Assembly: GCA_951406725.2 (NCBI GenBank) | Contig: OX597822.1 | Coordinates: 57,846,001-57,910,000 of the forward strand | DNA from: Octopus vulgaris | Taxonomy: Eukaryota | Direction: 5' to 3' | Length of the DNA stretch: 64,000 nucleotides | Part shown: piece after piece, positions 1 through 13,521 of the stretch | Layout: each line of letters begins with the position of its first letter | How positions within the stretch are numbered: the first letter of the stretch is position 1 | Translations under genes and position numbers: made by a program | Notes under the pieces: generated by a model | What the model saw: only the letters and a program-made list of their open reading frames with translations | Told to the model about the DNA's origin: nothing | Database searches by the model: none

Positions 1-104
1 TTCTATCTCTTATTACCTTAGTTTTCTGTCTAAAAACAGTTTTACCTGTTCATGTCTTTATCTTGAATCTCTGTCAATCAACATTACTTAACTCTGTGTG
101 TGTT

Positions 105-149
<45 letters not shown>

Positions 150-195
150 TCACACATACACACACACACCAACATATGTGCATATATATGTGAAT

Positions 196-356
196 CATCA
201 TCATCTCTTAACGTCCATTTTCCATGGTGGCATGGGTTAGATGGTTTGACAGGAGCTAGGTAGCTAGAAGACTGCACTAAGCTTTTCTGTCTGCTTTGGC
301 ACGGTTTCTATGGCTGGATGCCCTTCCTAACACCAACCACTTTACAGAGTGTACAG
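196..356 (-). mobile_element. RTE-LINE 3' tail-derived repeat ((CAT)n-tailed family)
   Basis: (CAT)n + ttaacgtccattttccatg...ctggatgcccttcctaacaccaaccact; the same sequence forms the 3' end of the RTE LINE at 61377-62608. Confidence 0.75.
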
Positions 357-635
357 CAATATGACAGAGCAGTGTTGAGGAGCAGTGAGAGAGAGAGAGT
401 ATAGTACACAATGAGATGCAGTTTGGTTCATTGGGTGAGGAGAGAGATTTATGTAACATGTGGTGAGCAGCACAAAATACACAGCACTTCCAGAACTCAG
501 CTTCAATGAGGTGAGGCAGTCTTGTTAAAAACCTCATATCACCAGACATATAAATATATATGTCAAGGCAGTGACCTAGCATGACTGCAGTCTAATAACT
601 GAAACAAATAAAACACACACATACACACACATGTA

Positions 636-638
<3 letters not shown>

Positions 639-716
<78 letters not shown>
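639..716. repeat. (TG)n microsatellite
   Basis: Perfect dinucleotide run. Confidence 0.98.
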
Positions 717-719
<3 letters not shown>

Positions 720-1254
720 GAAATCTTAATTAAAATTCTCAACCTTGTACAGTTCTTCAATCAACTTGTCAACCAGGTTCATTGAATTATCGTGGCTGAG
801 TATTCCACAAACATGTGTGTCCTGAAGGTAATCCTCAGACAGAATCAGCATGGCACTATATAACAAAGATAGACCTCTAAATTACAGGTGCAATCCATTT
901 GATGGGCTCCCATACAGTTTCTACCTACTCAATTTCACTCACAAGATATAGATCAACCTCAGATTATAGAAAATGACACTTGACCAATATACCACACAAC
1001 AGAATCAAAACAAGAACCTCATGATTCTCATACAGACTCCTTAACCATATAGCAACTATATGTATATATATACATGCTTATAGCTACCAACTTTCATTTC
1101 CAAAGGTATTTGTTGACCCAGCGCTATGGTAGAAGGTATCCAGATGCTTTGTAATGAGATTGAACCCAAACAGAACTATATAGTTGTAAAGTGAATCCCT
1201 CGACCACACAGGCACTCACATATCTTACACTTGTGCCATGTATAGATATTATGG

Positions 1255-1545
1255 TATCATTTTATCGAACAGACTATTGGATGTTGTCATACACTGCTAG
1301 TTACAACGTGTGTCCTTGCATTTTTTAAGCTTTTGAATGATGCCCACCCCCACTGCCTAGACAAGCAGGCCAACATTCCCTCTGAATGGAACACCAGTCC
1401 ATCACAAGATTACCCATCTACCACTGAGGGGACTGGAGCAACATGAAATGAAGTGTTTTGCTGGAGAACTCAACATACCATCAGTTTGGGAATCAAAACT
1501 ACACTCTTGTGATCTTGCGTGCAATACCCTAACCACTAGGTCAGA
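1255..1545 (-). mobile_element. tRNA-derived SINE, family C (Meta/MESC-like core), degenerate
   Basis: ggactggagcaacatgaaatgaagtgttttgct...accctaaccacta is shared with 52300-52540 and 15151-15342. Confidence 0.7.
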
Positions 1546-1752
1546 CCCTTTGTATGTATGGATATATTTGCACAATATTATCATTATCATCATTTTATAT
1601 CCATTTACCATGCTGGCATGGACTGGATGGTTTGACAGGATCCAACAGATTAGCAGAGCATGTCTTCCACCAATGTCTTTTTCATGGTATGGTTTCCATA
1701 GCTAGATGCCCCTTCTAAACCAGCCACTTTACAGGGTGTACTTGGTGCATAA

Positions 1753-1987
1753 AGGTGGTGGACTGGCAGAAACGTTAGCACACCGGGCGAAATGCTTAGC
1801 GGTATTTCGTCTGCCGTTACGTTCTGAGTTCAAATTCCGCCGAGGTCGACTTTGCCTTTCATCCTTTTGGGGTCGATTAAATAAGTACCAGTTACGCACT
1901 GGGATCGATATAATCGACTTAATCCGGTTGTCTGTCCTTGTTTGTCCCCTCTGTGTGTAACCCCTTGTGGGCAGTAAAGAAATAAGA
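1753..1987 (+). mobile_element. Young tRNA-derived SINE, family B (Nin/Deu-domain-like core), with 15-bp TSD
   Basis: B box gagttcaaattcc; core gtcgactttgcctttcatcc..ggggtcgattaaataagtacc; TSD gtgtact(t/g)ggtgcat at 1736-1750 and 1988-2002; CpGs retained; inserted in an RTE-tail repeat. Confidence 0.85.
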
Positions 1988-2789
1988 GTGTACTGGGTGC
2001 ATCTTTTTCATGGTATCAGAACTATAGAAATTGTCTTACCCTGCATTATTTCTGTCTCAATTTACTAAACCACTCTACAGAGTGTATCAGGTGCATTTTT
2101 CTGAAACACCAGCACTAGTGTGGTCACCTTGTAACTAGCAAAGCTAATGAGCCCCACCATTGAAAGAATAGAAGAGAGTGTGATGACTTTAGTTGAGGTG
2201 TTAAGAGAAGTTAAAGTATACCAAGAGGAACAGATTTATTATGAGAAGGAAGTAGCGCAGAAAGTTACAGAGGAGACAATATCATGGAGGAATAATGGAA
2301 GAGATAGAGTAAAGTGGAAAGGGGAAAGGAAAAGGACAGATTATGGTCAGGAGGTTGTATGGTCCTCTGTTGTCTCCTTCATCAATTGTAGTATCTTGAG
2401 ATCATATTTTACCACCTCATCCCAGGTCTTCCCTCAGAATTCATTCACTCTAAGTTCTCAGCACTTACTTATGCAGCCATCCTCCTCCTTTCACATCATT
2501 GTAACCATACTAGTGCAGTCTCATATCTTACACACTACCTTTTATACCTTCATCTCTCTCAGTTCATTTATACTTCATTGTCCACGCACACTAACATGGC
2601 ATATCTAGTAATGCATGCTTGCCTGTACATGAATTTATTTTGAAGTGTTGCACAGTATTGAACCCACTTTCCAACACAATCAGCTATGACACCAAGACAC
2701 AACAGAGGCTGGTGAGACAACCAGAAACCAAGTGCACTTCAGGATTTTTACACAAATTTACTTTCTCCAAGAAGGAAGTTCTAACAAGA

Positions 2790-2985
2790 ACTAGGGATCC
2801 TTTATTCCCAGTGATTCACATGCTAATTAACCCATAACTGGAACCCTAACAGATGCTACTACTCCAGGTCACAGTAAAAATGGAAACAGTAGCAGCTAAG
2901 TGGTGGTTCCACACTTCTCAAAATCCTAGAACTCCTATACCAGGGCCCCACTACCAGATGCAGTTTAAATTCATAGCCAGGTCAT
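2790..2985. mobile_element. Dispersed repeat (retroposon-derived), related to 7700-7930
   Basis: gaaccctaacagatgctactactcc...gtggttccacact...gcccactac...tgcagtttaaa is present in both copies. Confidence 0.6.
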
Positions 2986-3004
2986 ACATACATACATTCA
3001 TACA

Positions 3005-3400
3005 TACTGATGGAATATCCCAATAAAAACATCAATTCGGTGCAAACATAACAGACCTGATATTGTTCTGTGGAACAGGGAACAAAAGTCATGCACTGTT
3101 GTAGAGGTCAGCTACTCAGTAGATGTGAATTTACAATCAAAAGTCCAGGCAAAAGAGAACATTTATGGTGAATTAACGCGTAACTTACAGCTCTTACACC
3201 TTGACTATGAATTCATTAAGTAATGTACAGACAAATTTGCACAAAAACCTAGAAATACTCAGTTTCACAAAGAAAGAGCAAAAGAAATTGACATGAATTC
3301 TCCAAATAGACATGGATTCTCTATTAGTGGTACAGTGATGATTTGTAAGCCATTCCAAAAATATTCTCCATCTGAGATTCTTATGTAGATGCACACACTT
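3005..3400 (+). mobile_element. R4/Dong-like non-LTR retrotransposon, restriction-like endonuclease (RLE) remnant
   Basis: Manual translation from 3011: WNIPIKTSIRCKHNRPDIVLWNREQKSCTVVEVSYSVDVNLQSKVQAKENIYGELTRNLQLLH (RPD...E..., K..Y..L motifs of RLE domains). Confidence 0.8.
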
Positions 3401-6059
3401 GGGTGTATACATCGAAAGTTCAATCAACACACCAATTCAACCACATATTTACAAAGACTGGGAACTTTCTTAACTCGAAAGGTTTTGTTGCTTTGTTAGC
3501 AACTACCTTGCTCTCTCTCAAGAGCTTAAATGATATTAAAAAAAAAAAATCATTCATACATACATTGTTTATGTCAAATGAATTTAGAAACTTTGAGAGA
3601 CATGACATGAAATAAATCATTTGTTTAACAGTGGAACCCAAAGCAGATAAAGCAATAAAAAATAGTGTGTAAATATAGGGTTGAAAAGCCCTTGGATTTT
3701 AAAAGTCAAAAGCCATCCAAAAACAACAAACAGTTTTGTGAGTAAGAACAAAGAAATTCAAAAGATTGTTTTTGGCCATAGGTAAGTGTTGGGTACATAT
3801 TTATAGATGTTGATGCTTGCAGTTGGATAAACAAATGAGAGAAAAATATTCAAAGCATATGATTCACCTTTTGTTTACACTTTGTCATTTAAACAAATGC
3901 TGATAGGTGGGAAAGTCAGAATAGCAATGGTGTGAATTATCAAATTAATGAAAATACAAACACACACATATTGCACAGAATTTGTATTTTTTTCACATGA
4001 AAACTGCAACAAAATTAGTCTGCAAGAGAAAGTTTCAGAGTGAGCTGTAACAATGAAACCAGTTGGTTTGATCTCCATTCTGGAAGCCACTAAAAAGGCC
4101 TTGGTGGGTATAATTTTAGAGCATGAAGTGACACCTATGGGGTTCTTTAACAATGTTTTACTGGTGCTCGAATAAAGATTTCACAAAGCCCATACTTGTG
4201 TCAAAACTTTACTAGAATACAACACAACACAGATTATAACTAAATATACACAGAAATGTGTCTATATGTTTATCTATTCATAACCCATGCTGCAGTGGTG
4301 CTCTAGTAAAGATTTGACATTAGTCTGGCCAATCAGCAGCTTGATACTTGTATATGGAAGCTCTTAGAGTAATAACATTGTTGCAATCATGTCTGCTGGC
4401 ATGTTTAAAAGAAGCATTTGCTCACTTATCCAGATGTCCACCAGTTAGACATGAAAATTCAAAGATAAATGCAGATACCAGTGTTCCTTAGCTACTGACT
4501 CTCAGCTTAGCTGCATGTTTTATTTTAGCTCTTAAACAAATGATAGCTGACACATACATGACAAGCTATCACTCTGTGAGGCTGGCTGTATTTCCAGTGT
4601 TTAGCTAGAACAGAAAACAACAATAGAAAATTGCCTACAAATAGCCCAATCAAACCAACAAGGAGTCTTGACTGACTCTCATCACACCCTGCTGTGTGAA
4701 GAATCAAAGAGCACATTAGATAGTGCTCTTTGATTAATAGTTCTAAGACACAATGTCTCTCAGAAAAAAAAACAAATAAAAATAATAGGATGATCACAGC
4801 TGAAATGCTTTTGAGTTTAAGTCTACTGGACTAAGGTTGAACTAGGGCTAAACAAAATATAAATAGTTAGTTACTGGTACATAATGGAGAAACAGATTGC
4901 AGTCAACATCATATAGAACACTGAGTATGGTTTGTCCTAGATCTAGAATTTGATGTGTTATGTTGTGATGACATCATTAATATCATAATTGTATCACCAC
5001 AGCAGAAGGGCAGTGTCCATGATCCTTTTCAATGCCTCCAAGACTTATAGGAGAAAGACAGAAGATCTGGTCCAAATGCTTACAACAGAATAAACTTCAC
5101 TAAAGCAGCCATTTGTCAAGTGGTGACAGCGTTAAACAGAGCAATGCACCTTTATTTAATTGATACAGACGAAATATACAACAATGCTGATGGAATCATG
5201 CACCCATGTGGAAATAAACCAACCAGTGAGGAAGCATTTATGTGGTTGCTCTACCTGTTAGATATAGCAGCTAAACTATTTTCAAACTATACCATCTTTA
5301 TAAGAAATGGAAGGGCATATTGAATAATATAGTCTTGGATACATTACCTGAAAATATGAAAGGATGCTTATAGCTGAAGCATGTTCATCATAGATTGTTT
5401 ATCATAGATAACCTGGGCTCAACAACAACAACATTACCTCCATATTGAGAAGTATTTACAAAACTGTACTTTCTTGCCCTACAAACTTGTGCATACCTTT
5501 TTGTGCGTTTCTCAGCACACTGATAAGTTTGACTAAGAATCTTACAAGACGTTTCTCATACTACAATTACAAAGATTCTGTAAAAGCCAACATTCATCTC
5601 AAGTTATCCTGCCACAAATAATGTATGAAAATTTGTTTTTTATCTTTAGCAGACCCCCAAAGCCACAATGAAATTAAAACGGCAGATACAAAGCATTACT
5701 GAATCAATTTACTTATGTGTGTTCATGTATAAATTACAACTTAAAAATATGTTTGTACACAAGTGTGTATTAATGCTATGGTAGTTAGCTCTGCTCAAAT
5801 ATATGATGTCACTAATTTATATCATCATTACCATCATTGTCATTTTAATGTCCAATTGTATAGATCAGAAAGCATTTATTGAGGCAGTTTTCTATGGGCA
5901 AATGACAATATTCACCAGTTATAAAACAAAGTAATATTTTACATGGCCAGGCATGTTTTTGTAAAATACTGAAAATGAATGACACTGCTTCAATGACACT
6001 CATATACAATTATCAAGTCATGTTAAGACAAGGAAACATGTACACACATATATTTGCAA

Positions 6060-6220
6060 TGGGTTTCTTTCAGCTACCATCTGCCAAATCCACTCACAAG
6101 GCTTTGGTTGGCCTGAGGCTATAGCAGAAGACACTTGCCCAAGGTGCCATGCAGTGGGACTGAACCTGAAACCATGTGGTTGGGAAGCAAGCTTCTTAAC
6201 TACACTCCCATGGCCTGCAT
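6060..6220 (-). mobile_element. tRNA-derived SINE, family A, 5' half
   Basis: Matches the head of the 51035-51440 copy (ggttcagtcccactgc..ggcaccttgggcaagtgtcttct). Confidence 0.8.
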
Positions 6221-6439
6221 CTGTATATTTGTGAATTATCCTTCCAAACAATATTTTGGCAAGTACACAATTGTCTAAGTTCACAGGAGTTACAGTACTT
6301 TTAGAGACTTACTCAAAAATTCATCAAACTGTTTAAGTTGCAGACAGTTCTCTCATGCATCCCACCTTTGATGATGCTTACTTTCAGAGGGCCAAACTCT
6401 CCTTAAATAAGTAATCAGCCATCAAGTTGAGAATTATTA

Positions 6440-6630
6440 TTCAATTGTTATTTTTTATTTATCATTTATTATTATTTATTATTATTTACTATTTATCATT
6501 ATTTATTAGTTATTTATCATTATTTATCATTTATTAGTTATTTATTATTTACAATATTATTTATTTATTAGTTATTATTTATTATTAGTTATTATTTATC
6601 AGTAAATATTTATTATTGATTCAATTATCA
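6440..6630. repeat. (TTA)n/AT-rich low-complexity tract
   Basis: Imperfect ttatttatta repeats. Confidence 0.9.
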
Positions 6631-7002
6631 TTTACTTTAGTTTTTCTACGTGCAGTAATATTCAATAAAATCTAATACAGTTTTTGATACATATCATTGG
6701 TTTGTTGATCTAGTTAGGGTCAAGGTTTAGGGTTGGATTTAGGGGTTAGGACTGAACATAGTTGAGATGCTATTACTGTAACTCATCTAAAAAAAACTTT
6801 TAGTTTCTATAGAATAGAATTGGATAATTACAGTTGGAATGCTATAAGTGTACCGAAATTTCTTTCCACATGCGCATGGACAATATCCTTAGTACATATT
6901 CAAAAATCAAACTGAATTGAATTTGCTTTTATCTTCTACCATTTACTGGCTTCAGTCATTGTACGGCAGCTATGTTGGGGTACTGCCTTGAAGGGTTTAG
7001 TG

Positions 7003-7310
7003 CAGGGCTGGCCAACCCCAGGCCCGCAGGCTGCATGCAACCCACTTGATACTTTCTTGAAATGAGTTTATTTAAACAAACATTTAAAAATTTTATCAAA
7101 AGTTAAAGATTGTAATGAAAAGTAAAAAAGAAAGATACTACTGTTTTTGCAATGATAATATTTCATGTTGAATCAACAACCATTCATTCATTATTGTAAT
7201 AATAGCATGAGAAAGCAAAATGCTTTCAATTCGATCAGTATACAAGCGGCCCTCAAAAAACTTTCTGTGATTAAAGTGGCCTGCAATGTAATTCAAGCTG
7301 GCCAGGCCTG
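7003..7310. mobile_element. hAT-type MITE with 8-bp TSD, inserted in a family A SINE
   Basis: TIRs cagggctggcca / tggccaggcctg; TSD gtttagtg (6995-7002) and gtttagtc (7311-7318). Confidence 0.85.
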
Positions 7311-8501
7311 GTTTAGTCAAACAAAACAATGCCAGTTCTTTTCTTTTTTTAAGCCTAGTACTTATTTTATCAGACTCTTTTGTTGAACCATTAAGTTATA
7401 GGGATATAAACAAAACCAACACCATTTGTCAAGTGGTGGCGGAGGACAAACTCAAACACAAAGACCACCCCCATATATAATGGTGGCAGCCTACTTGTTA
7501 GACAAGCATGACTATCACTGACATATAGTGTCAGCAATGCCCATGTAAAGGTCATATGCAGATTTCACAACAGGACAGTAGCTCTCACTAACAATACCAA
7601 GGAACTCAGAGACAAGCAAAGTGCAAGACACCCAGCTAAGTAGAGCAGTGAGTTCAGTATATGAGTTAGCCTCCTCCTACAGAGACACCTTAACAAAGAC
7701 CAGGGGTCCCTCACTCCCAATAGATTTCTGTACCCTCAGACACCAACCCCAGGTTTTCTATGTCCCAGCACTCATATGCTAGTTAACTCTTAGCTGGGAC
7801 CCTAACAGGTGCTACTACTCAAATCATAGTAGACCTGGGAACACTAGTGGCTAAGAGATGGTTCCATACTCCTCAAAACCCTGAACCAGAGCCCACTACT
7901 GAGTGCAGTTTAAAAGCATACACAGGATATATATATATGCAATGGGCTTCTTTCAGTTTCCATCAACCAAATCCACTAACATGGCTTTGGTCAGCCCAGG
8001 ACTACAGTAGAAAACAAAAGTTGCCCAAGATGCCATGCAGTGAGACTGAACCCAAGATCACATGGTTGGCAAGCAAGCTTTTTAACTACACAGCTATGGA
8101 TGTCAAATATTTTTAAAGATTTTCTGCTTAAGACTATTAAGTCCAGGATACCTGTATATTTATCGATTAGTAGTTAGTTAATGGATTCACACAGCCATTG
8201 GCTTAGAGCTTTGAAATACACATGTGTGCATTTAATTCGTTGGATAACTGTCTTAATCATTCAGATGTCCGTCTCAACAATAAGACACGTGCTTGTAAAA
8301 CTTATGAAACTGAGTAACAGAGTATATGAATCATTAACCGTTAATCTACAAATATATACTCTAAATGTATTGAGTGCTGTGTCCTTTCCATTGTACACTT
8401 TTATGTACATGTGTGTATGTGCAAGTGTGTATCTATATACAAGCTGGTTAAGTTGTGTGCTTAATCCGTAACTCCGCCTATACACACACACACACATATA
8501 T

Positions 8502-8550
<49 letters not shown>

Positions 8551-8551
<1 letters not shown>

Positions 8552-8862
8552 TATTTACATTATTTATATTTGACAGATATTTGTCCTCATCATATGGCGT
8601 AGTGGTTAAGAGCACGGGCTACTAACCCCAAGATTCCAAGTTCGATTCTAAGCAGTGACCTTAATAATAATAATAATAATAATAACAAGATCAAAAAAAA
8701 AACCTTACGACTGAGAACCCAGGTTCAAAATTTCCCCAAGACACCTAATGAAGGCTGGAGGGTATATCAGCCGAAATGTTGTGTTAACAACGAACAAGAT
8801 GAGGAGAAATATCCATCAAATACAAATAATGTACATAATTCCTCATCTCTTAAATATAGAAC
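8551..8862 (+). mobile_element. Composite element: inverted termini + tRNA-like Pol III head + (TAA)n + hammerhead motif
   Basis: ~40-bp inverted repeat 8552-8591 / 8798-8838; A box tggcgtagtgg 8595-8605; B box gttcgattc 8640-8648; sits between (TA)n runs. Confidence 0.75.
8741..8784 (+). ncRNA. Minimal type-I hammerhead ribozyme motif (two core substitutions)
   Basis: acac-CTaATGA-a-ggctg(gagggtatat)cagcc-GAAAtGTT-gtgt; stems I and II pair; differs from CTGATGA...GAAACGTT by G>A and C>T. Confidence 0.65.
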
Positions 8863-8884
8863 AGATATATATATATTTTTTTAT

Positions 8885-9268
8885 CTTTTACTTGTTTCAG
8901 TCATTAGACTGTGGCCATGCTGAAGAATTTTTAGTTGAATGTATTAACCCCACTCCTTATTTTTAAATGCTTACTCTATCAATATCTTTTGCCAAACTGC
9001 TAAGTTATGGGGACATACACACACCAACACCAAGTGTCAAGTGGTGGTGGAGGAACAAGCACAAATACTAAGACACACACACACATAGATATATATATAT
9101 ATATACACATATATACAAGGGGCTTCTTTCAGTTTTTATCCACCAAATCCACTAATAAGGGTTTGGTTGGCTTGTGGCTATAGTAGAAGGCACTTGCCCA
9201 AGGTGCTATGCAATGGGACTGAACCCCAAACCATGTGGTTGGGAAGCAAGCTTCCTACCTCACAGCTA
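8885..9268 (-). mobile_element. tRNA-derived SINE, family A, near full length
   Basis: Colinear with 51035-51440, including the internal microsatellite and (CTTTTA) tail. Confidence 0.8.
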
Positions 9269-9417
9269 TATACAAATACATATATACACATACATATAAA
9301 TACACATACATACAAATACTCATACAAGCACACATATACATACAAATACACATATATACATATACATACAAATACACACACATACATATTCATATGTATA
9401 CATACATATATACATAC

Positions 9418-9673
9418 GGCCCTCGTGCCGGTGGCACATAAAAAGCACCATCCGTTCGTGGCCCTTTGCCAGCTCTGTCTGGCACCTGTGCGGGTGGCAC
9501 GTAAAAAGCACCCACTACACTCACGGAGTGGTTGGCGTTAGGAAGGGCATCCAGCCGTAGAAACACTGCCAGATTTGACTGGGCCTGATGAAGCCTTCTG
9601 GCTTCACAGACCCCAGTAGAACCGTCCAACCCATGCTAGCATGGAAAACGGACGCTAAACGATGATGATGATG
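9418..9673 (+). mobile_element. RTE-LINE 3' tail-derived repeat, young copy
   Basis: cccactacactcacggagtggttggcgttaggaagggcatccagc...ggacgctaaac(gat)n; CpGs retained. Confidence 0.8.
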
Positions 9674-9715
<42 letters not shown>

Positions 9716-9755
9716 ATATATATAAATACACACACACACGTGTGTGTGTGTGTGT

Positions 9756-9835
<80 letters not shown>
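9756..9835. repeat. (GATA)n microsatellite
   Basis: ~20 perfect units. Confidence 0.98.
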
Positions 9836-12800
9836 CCGTTAAAACACGCACACACAGACACAAAAAGATAAGTTATTGAGAAAGTCTTCCAATTCTGACC
9901 AAAATATTTTTTTCCTCAACCGCAACATACAGCAGAGAGCACATACTGTTCGACCGTCTGCTAGTTACATTTTCTAAGTTAAATAACATCTGCAAAACTT
10001 CCTAGAAACAAAAGCCATATAAATAATACTATGCAATACAGAGAAGTATTAATTAGCTTTGGAGAAGGATTGTTTTAACATATGGGAGCATTTAGGTGTC
10101 GAAATAATTAAATGTTTAAGTAATCAAATATGTAATCGATTTTAATTCTCATTTAATTCAATTAATAATTACTACGTAATATAATGAAAACCTTTGATTG
10201 TGGCTGGCCTGAGGATTGAAAACTCGAGAAATGGGCGTATTTAAATATGATTTTAGGTAAAAACGATTAAGTTTTGCAACCCGATTCCGTCCACCCGTCA
10301 AAGGAAGACAATAGGCGATTATGCCGTTAGATCTGAGTAGATTCCTTTCACAAAACAGTACCAAAGTCTGTCTGGTTAGTACTAACATCTAGCTTGTTAA
10401 GAGGCTTATAAGCTTAATATCTGGACCCATAAGCAGTTGTTTTGACTAGACAAAATAAAAGTGATAAGTCTTTATTTACAGATTGTTGATACATCGACTG
10501 TTATTCCGTTTAAGAGCCAAAACAGTTTATAAGTTCAATATCAGGAACAGTACCCAAACCAATAATAACTATATTACAGTATGATTAAAAGTTTCTAAGG
10601 TATAAAGCATCTGATTCCAGATTCTAAGGAGAGTAAAAAGAGGCAAAGACATGAGTGACCTTAAGTGAAATTACATGTTAGTAGGAGTTTAAAACGATTC
10701 TAAACTCATTTCGACGAAAGTTTTACCGTTGTCGAACAACATCAATAGTGATGTTGCCACCACGGTTATTAAGGTATACAAAACGTGTTACAAAGCGGGA
10801 TGGGGAGGATTTCGAAACGTGCATGGGTGAACACATATGTACTTATATGTAAACGGGGGGTGGATGGAATGAAGGGCGTCATGCAATATATATATATATA
10901 TATATTGCATAATAAGATGGAAAAGAAGGGTAAAATCACGAAAGAATTGGAAGTGCAATGTGACCAACGGTGTATAACAGTTTGGTTGATTGCAATAACA
11001 TACATACATACTACGTACGTATGTACATACATACATATAAGCAAAAATTCCAATGGACCTAGGTTAGAAACTAGTTCTTTCTCTATTGGCAACAAATCTA
11101 GAAATAAACTGAATAATGACATACACACATGCATGCATAAATTTGTCTGTGTTAACTACATCCCAAAGATGGAGCCTTGTATCTTTGTTGGAAACCGGCT
11201 CCCTCCTCAGTGGAAGATTTATGATAATTAAAAAGTAGAAGAAACATACATAAAGAACTGAAAACTCGGATCAAATAAATACATAGAATGGGCACACATA
11301 TATTCTTTACATAATACAAAAGGCTTCGAATTTAAAGGGGCTACAAAAGAAGACTGGTCGAGGTTTAGGTTTTAAAAGCTTGACCGGCGCCTCGTGTAAA
11401 ATGATTTCCATCAGAGATAGAAACCGAAGTACGTACTCGGCTTTCATCAACTCTACTGCAAAGAAAAGGGTGTCTAATAGTAAAAATCTCATTGAAACAG
11501 GAATCCTCCGCAGATTTATTTTAAGGGTAGTATAAGATTGGTTGACAGTTGTGCTTTATCCTTTACTAACGGCGCTGCATAAGGAACCCGTTATCAACAA
11601 CGTTTTCTTATAACACATGAAATTTATTTTTGGCGGAGGAATTATAGCTATTTTGTTATCTCAATCTAGTAGACATGTGATCAGAGGTGCTCCAGTCGTG
11701 ACCATCTCATCATTTATTCTAACATACTAGTGTATCTGGGCAAAATTACATACATCTACTTTTTTTTTAATATGATGTAGTGTGATTTGAGGCAGATTTA
11801 CCTATTTCTAGCTCTAGTAATTGCGTATAGGCTTCTCATTTTATTAAGCCTGGTGAATTTTAAACAGTAGGGAACTAGATGCCATCAGTGCAGCACACAA
11901 CTATTTTCACGAGCCAACGAGACAACCTCTTACGTAGTCGTTCGACCTCTTACAAATGGCAGTTAAATCTCCCACAAATTACATTATATTGCCTTAGAAA
12001 AACAAAAAACATGCGTTGAATAATGTGACCCTAGATTCCCTCCCTACACATAGAAAAAGATAAATAGTCACAGCAGGAATGCCATTGTTCATACATAGGT
12101 CTGCGCGATTGTGGCTGACCTGGGGTTTAAAATAAAGACAATTTACGATCAACCCCGCTCCTTCACTACTGTCTGAAATTAAATATAACACTGATTAAAT
12201 GAATCTACTGTTATCTGTTGATATCCTGAATGGATGCATTGTGAAGATGGGTGTTATTATTTATGTTTGTTACTGTTGTTTAAAAACAAGTAAACCCTGG
12301 TCGAGCAGACCTATGATCAAAAGCATTCTAGCTATGACCATCCCGTCCTTTTAGAGGTGTGCTTTGTACTACATTATTTGGTGTGTCCTTACCATTTTCC
12401 AAGACAGCTGAGTTTGATTTGTAGATTTTAGCTACTGTCTTTAGCATATTAAACGATCGCGAAGAGGCGCATTCGAAAACTGTCATCTCATAACAGTTGA
12501 GAAAAACTATACGTGTCTGTCTATCTATCTATCTATTTATCCATCCATCCATTTAACTTTCTATCTTTCTGTCCATCTAGGTAATTAGCTACCTATCCAT
12601 CTAGCTATTTAGCTATCCATCCATGCATGCACCCGTCCATCTATCCATTTGACAGTTAATTTTCTTTATATACGGCTGTCCCTCGCTCACTCTTTCTATA
12701 CACATGTTAATATGGGTGAGTCTGTATATGTCTGTCAACTAATCCATTTACATATTAGTATTGTCGCGTACTGGGATTAAATGTCAGCTACCATTCCAAA

Positions 12801-13256
12801 GACAGACTCATACATCCTAAACTAGTGAACGCTAAGTTAGTATTTATTCATATCTCACATTCTTTCTATCCATCACTGCATTTATCTGCCTGTCCCAGCA
12901 TGGCCCAGCCTACTGGCTGAAACTAGTAAAAGAGTATCTGCATAGGCCTATAAATGTATAGTTAGATAGAGAAGTTCATCATTAACTAATGCAGTAAGCT
13001 TTCCCGTATGAAATGATTAAAGTTGGAAATGAAGCAAGAAAAGTAAGACAGGGAGAAATTTAAACGATAAATAATAGACAAATAATTGACATACATATAT
13101 ATAACATATATGTCAGGGGTATGACATGGACAGTAAAAGGGAGATGTTACAGAAAGATGCGACCGAGAAATCCATTAGAGGAATGTGACGAAAAGAAAGA
13201 CATGATAAAGCTATAACAAAATTAGTTAGATATTAGATAACAGAAATCGAAGTGAT

Positions 13257-13287
<31 letters not shown>

Positions 13288-13521
13288 CAGAATGATGCTG
13301 ATGTGAAAATGTGATGGTTTGTCGGTGTAAACATGATGGTTAACCGATATAAAAGTTGTATTTTGGGTTTTTTCAGCACCATTGCAAACGATCATGCTTT
13401 TACTTCGTGATTTCAGGATTAAATATGAACTGATTCCAGACTTGAAGATTAGCTTTAAAAAAAAAAAACTCAAAATAATGACAAGTAATAATTAAATTTC
13501 GTGCAAAGGTGTTTTACTTAC

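Noticed and set aside
2147-2608. 153-aa ORF
   Set aside because: It spans a purine-rich tract and the antisense of a decayed RTE fragment; no domain signature.
3679-3787. Plus-strand exon ending at the AG|GTAAGT donor
   Set aside because: Weak acceptor, unrecognisable peptide and no partner exons.
8245-8322. Hammerhead in the 8.17-8.48 kb element (ctgt...gaaactgagta-acag)
   Set aside because: Stem I is possible, but no recognisable CUGANGA core.
8592-8660. Functional tRNA gene
   Set aside because: A and B boxes are present, but there is no proper acceptor stem and it lies inside a repeat; treated as a SINE-like head.
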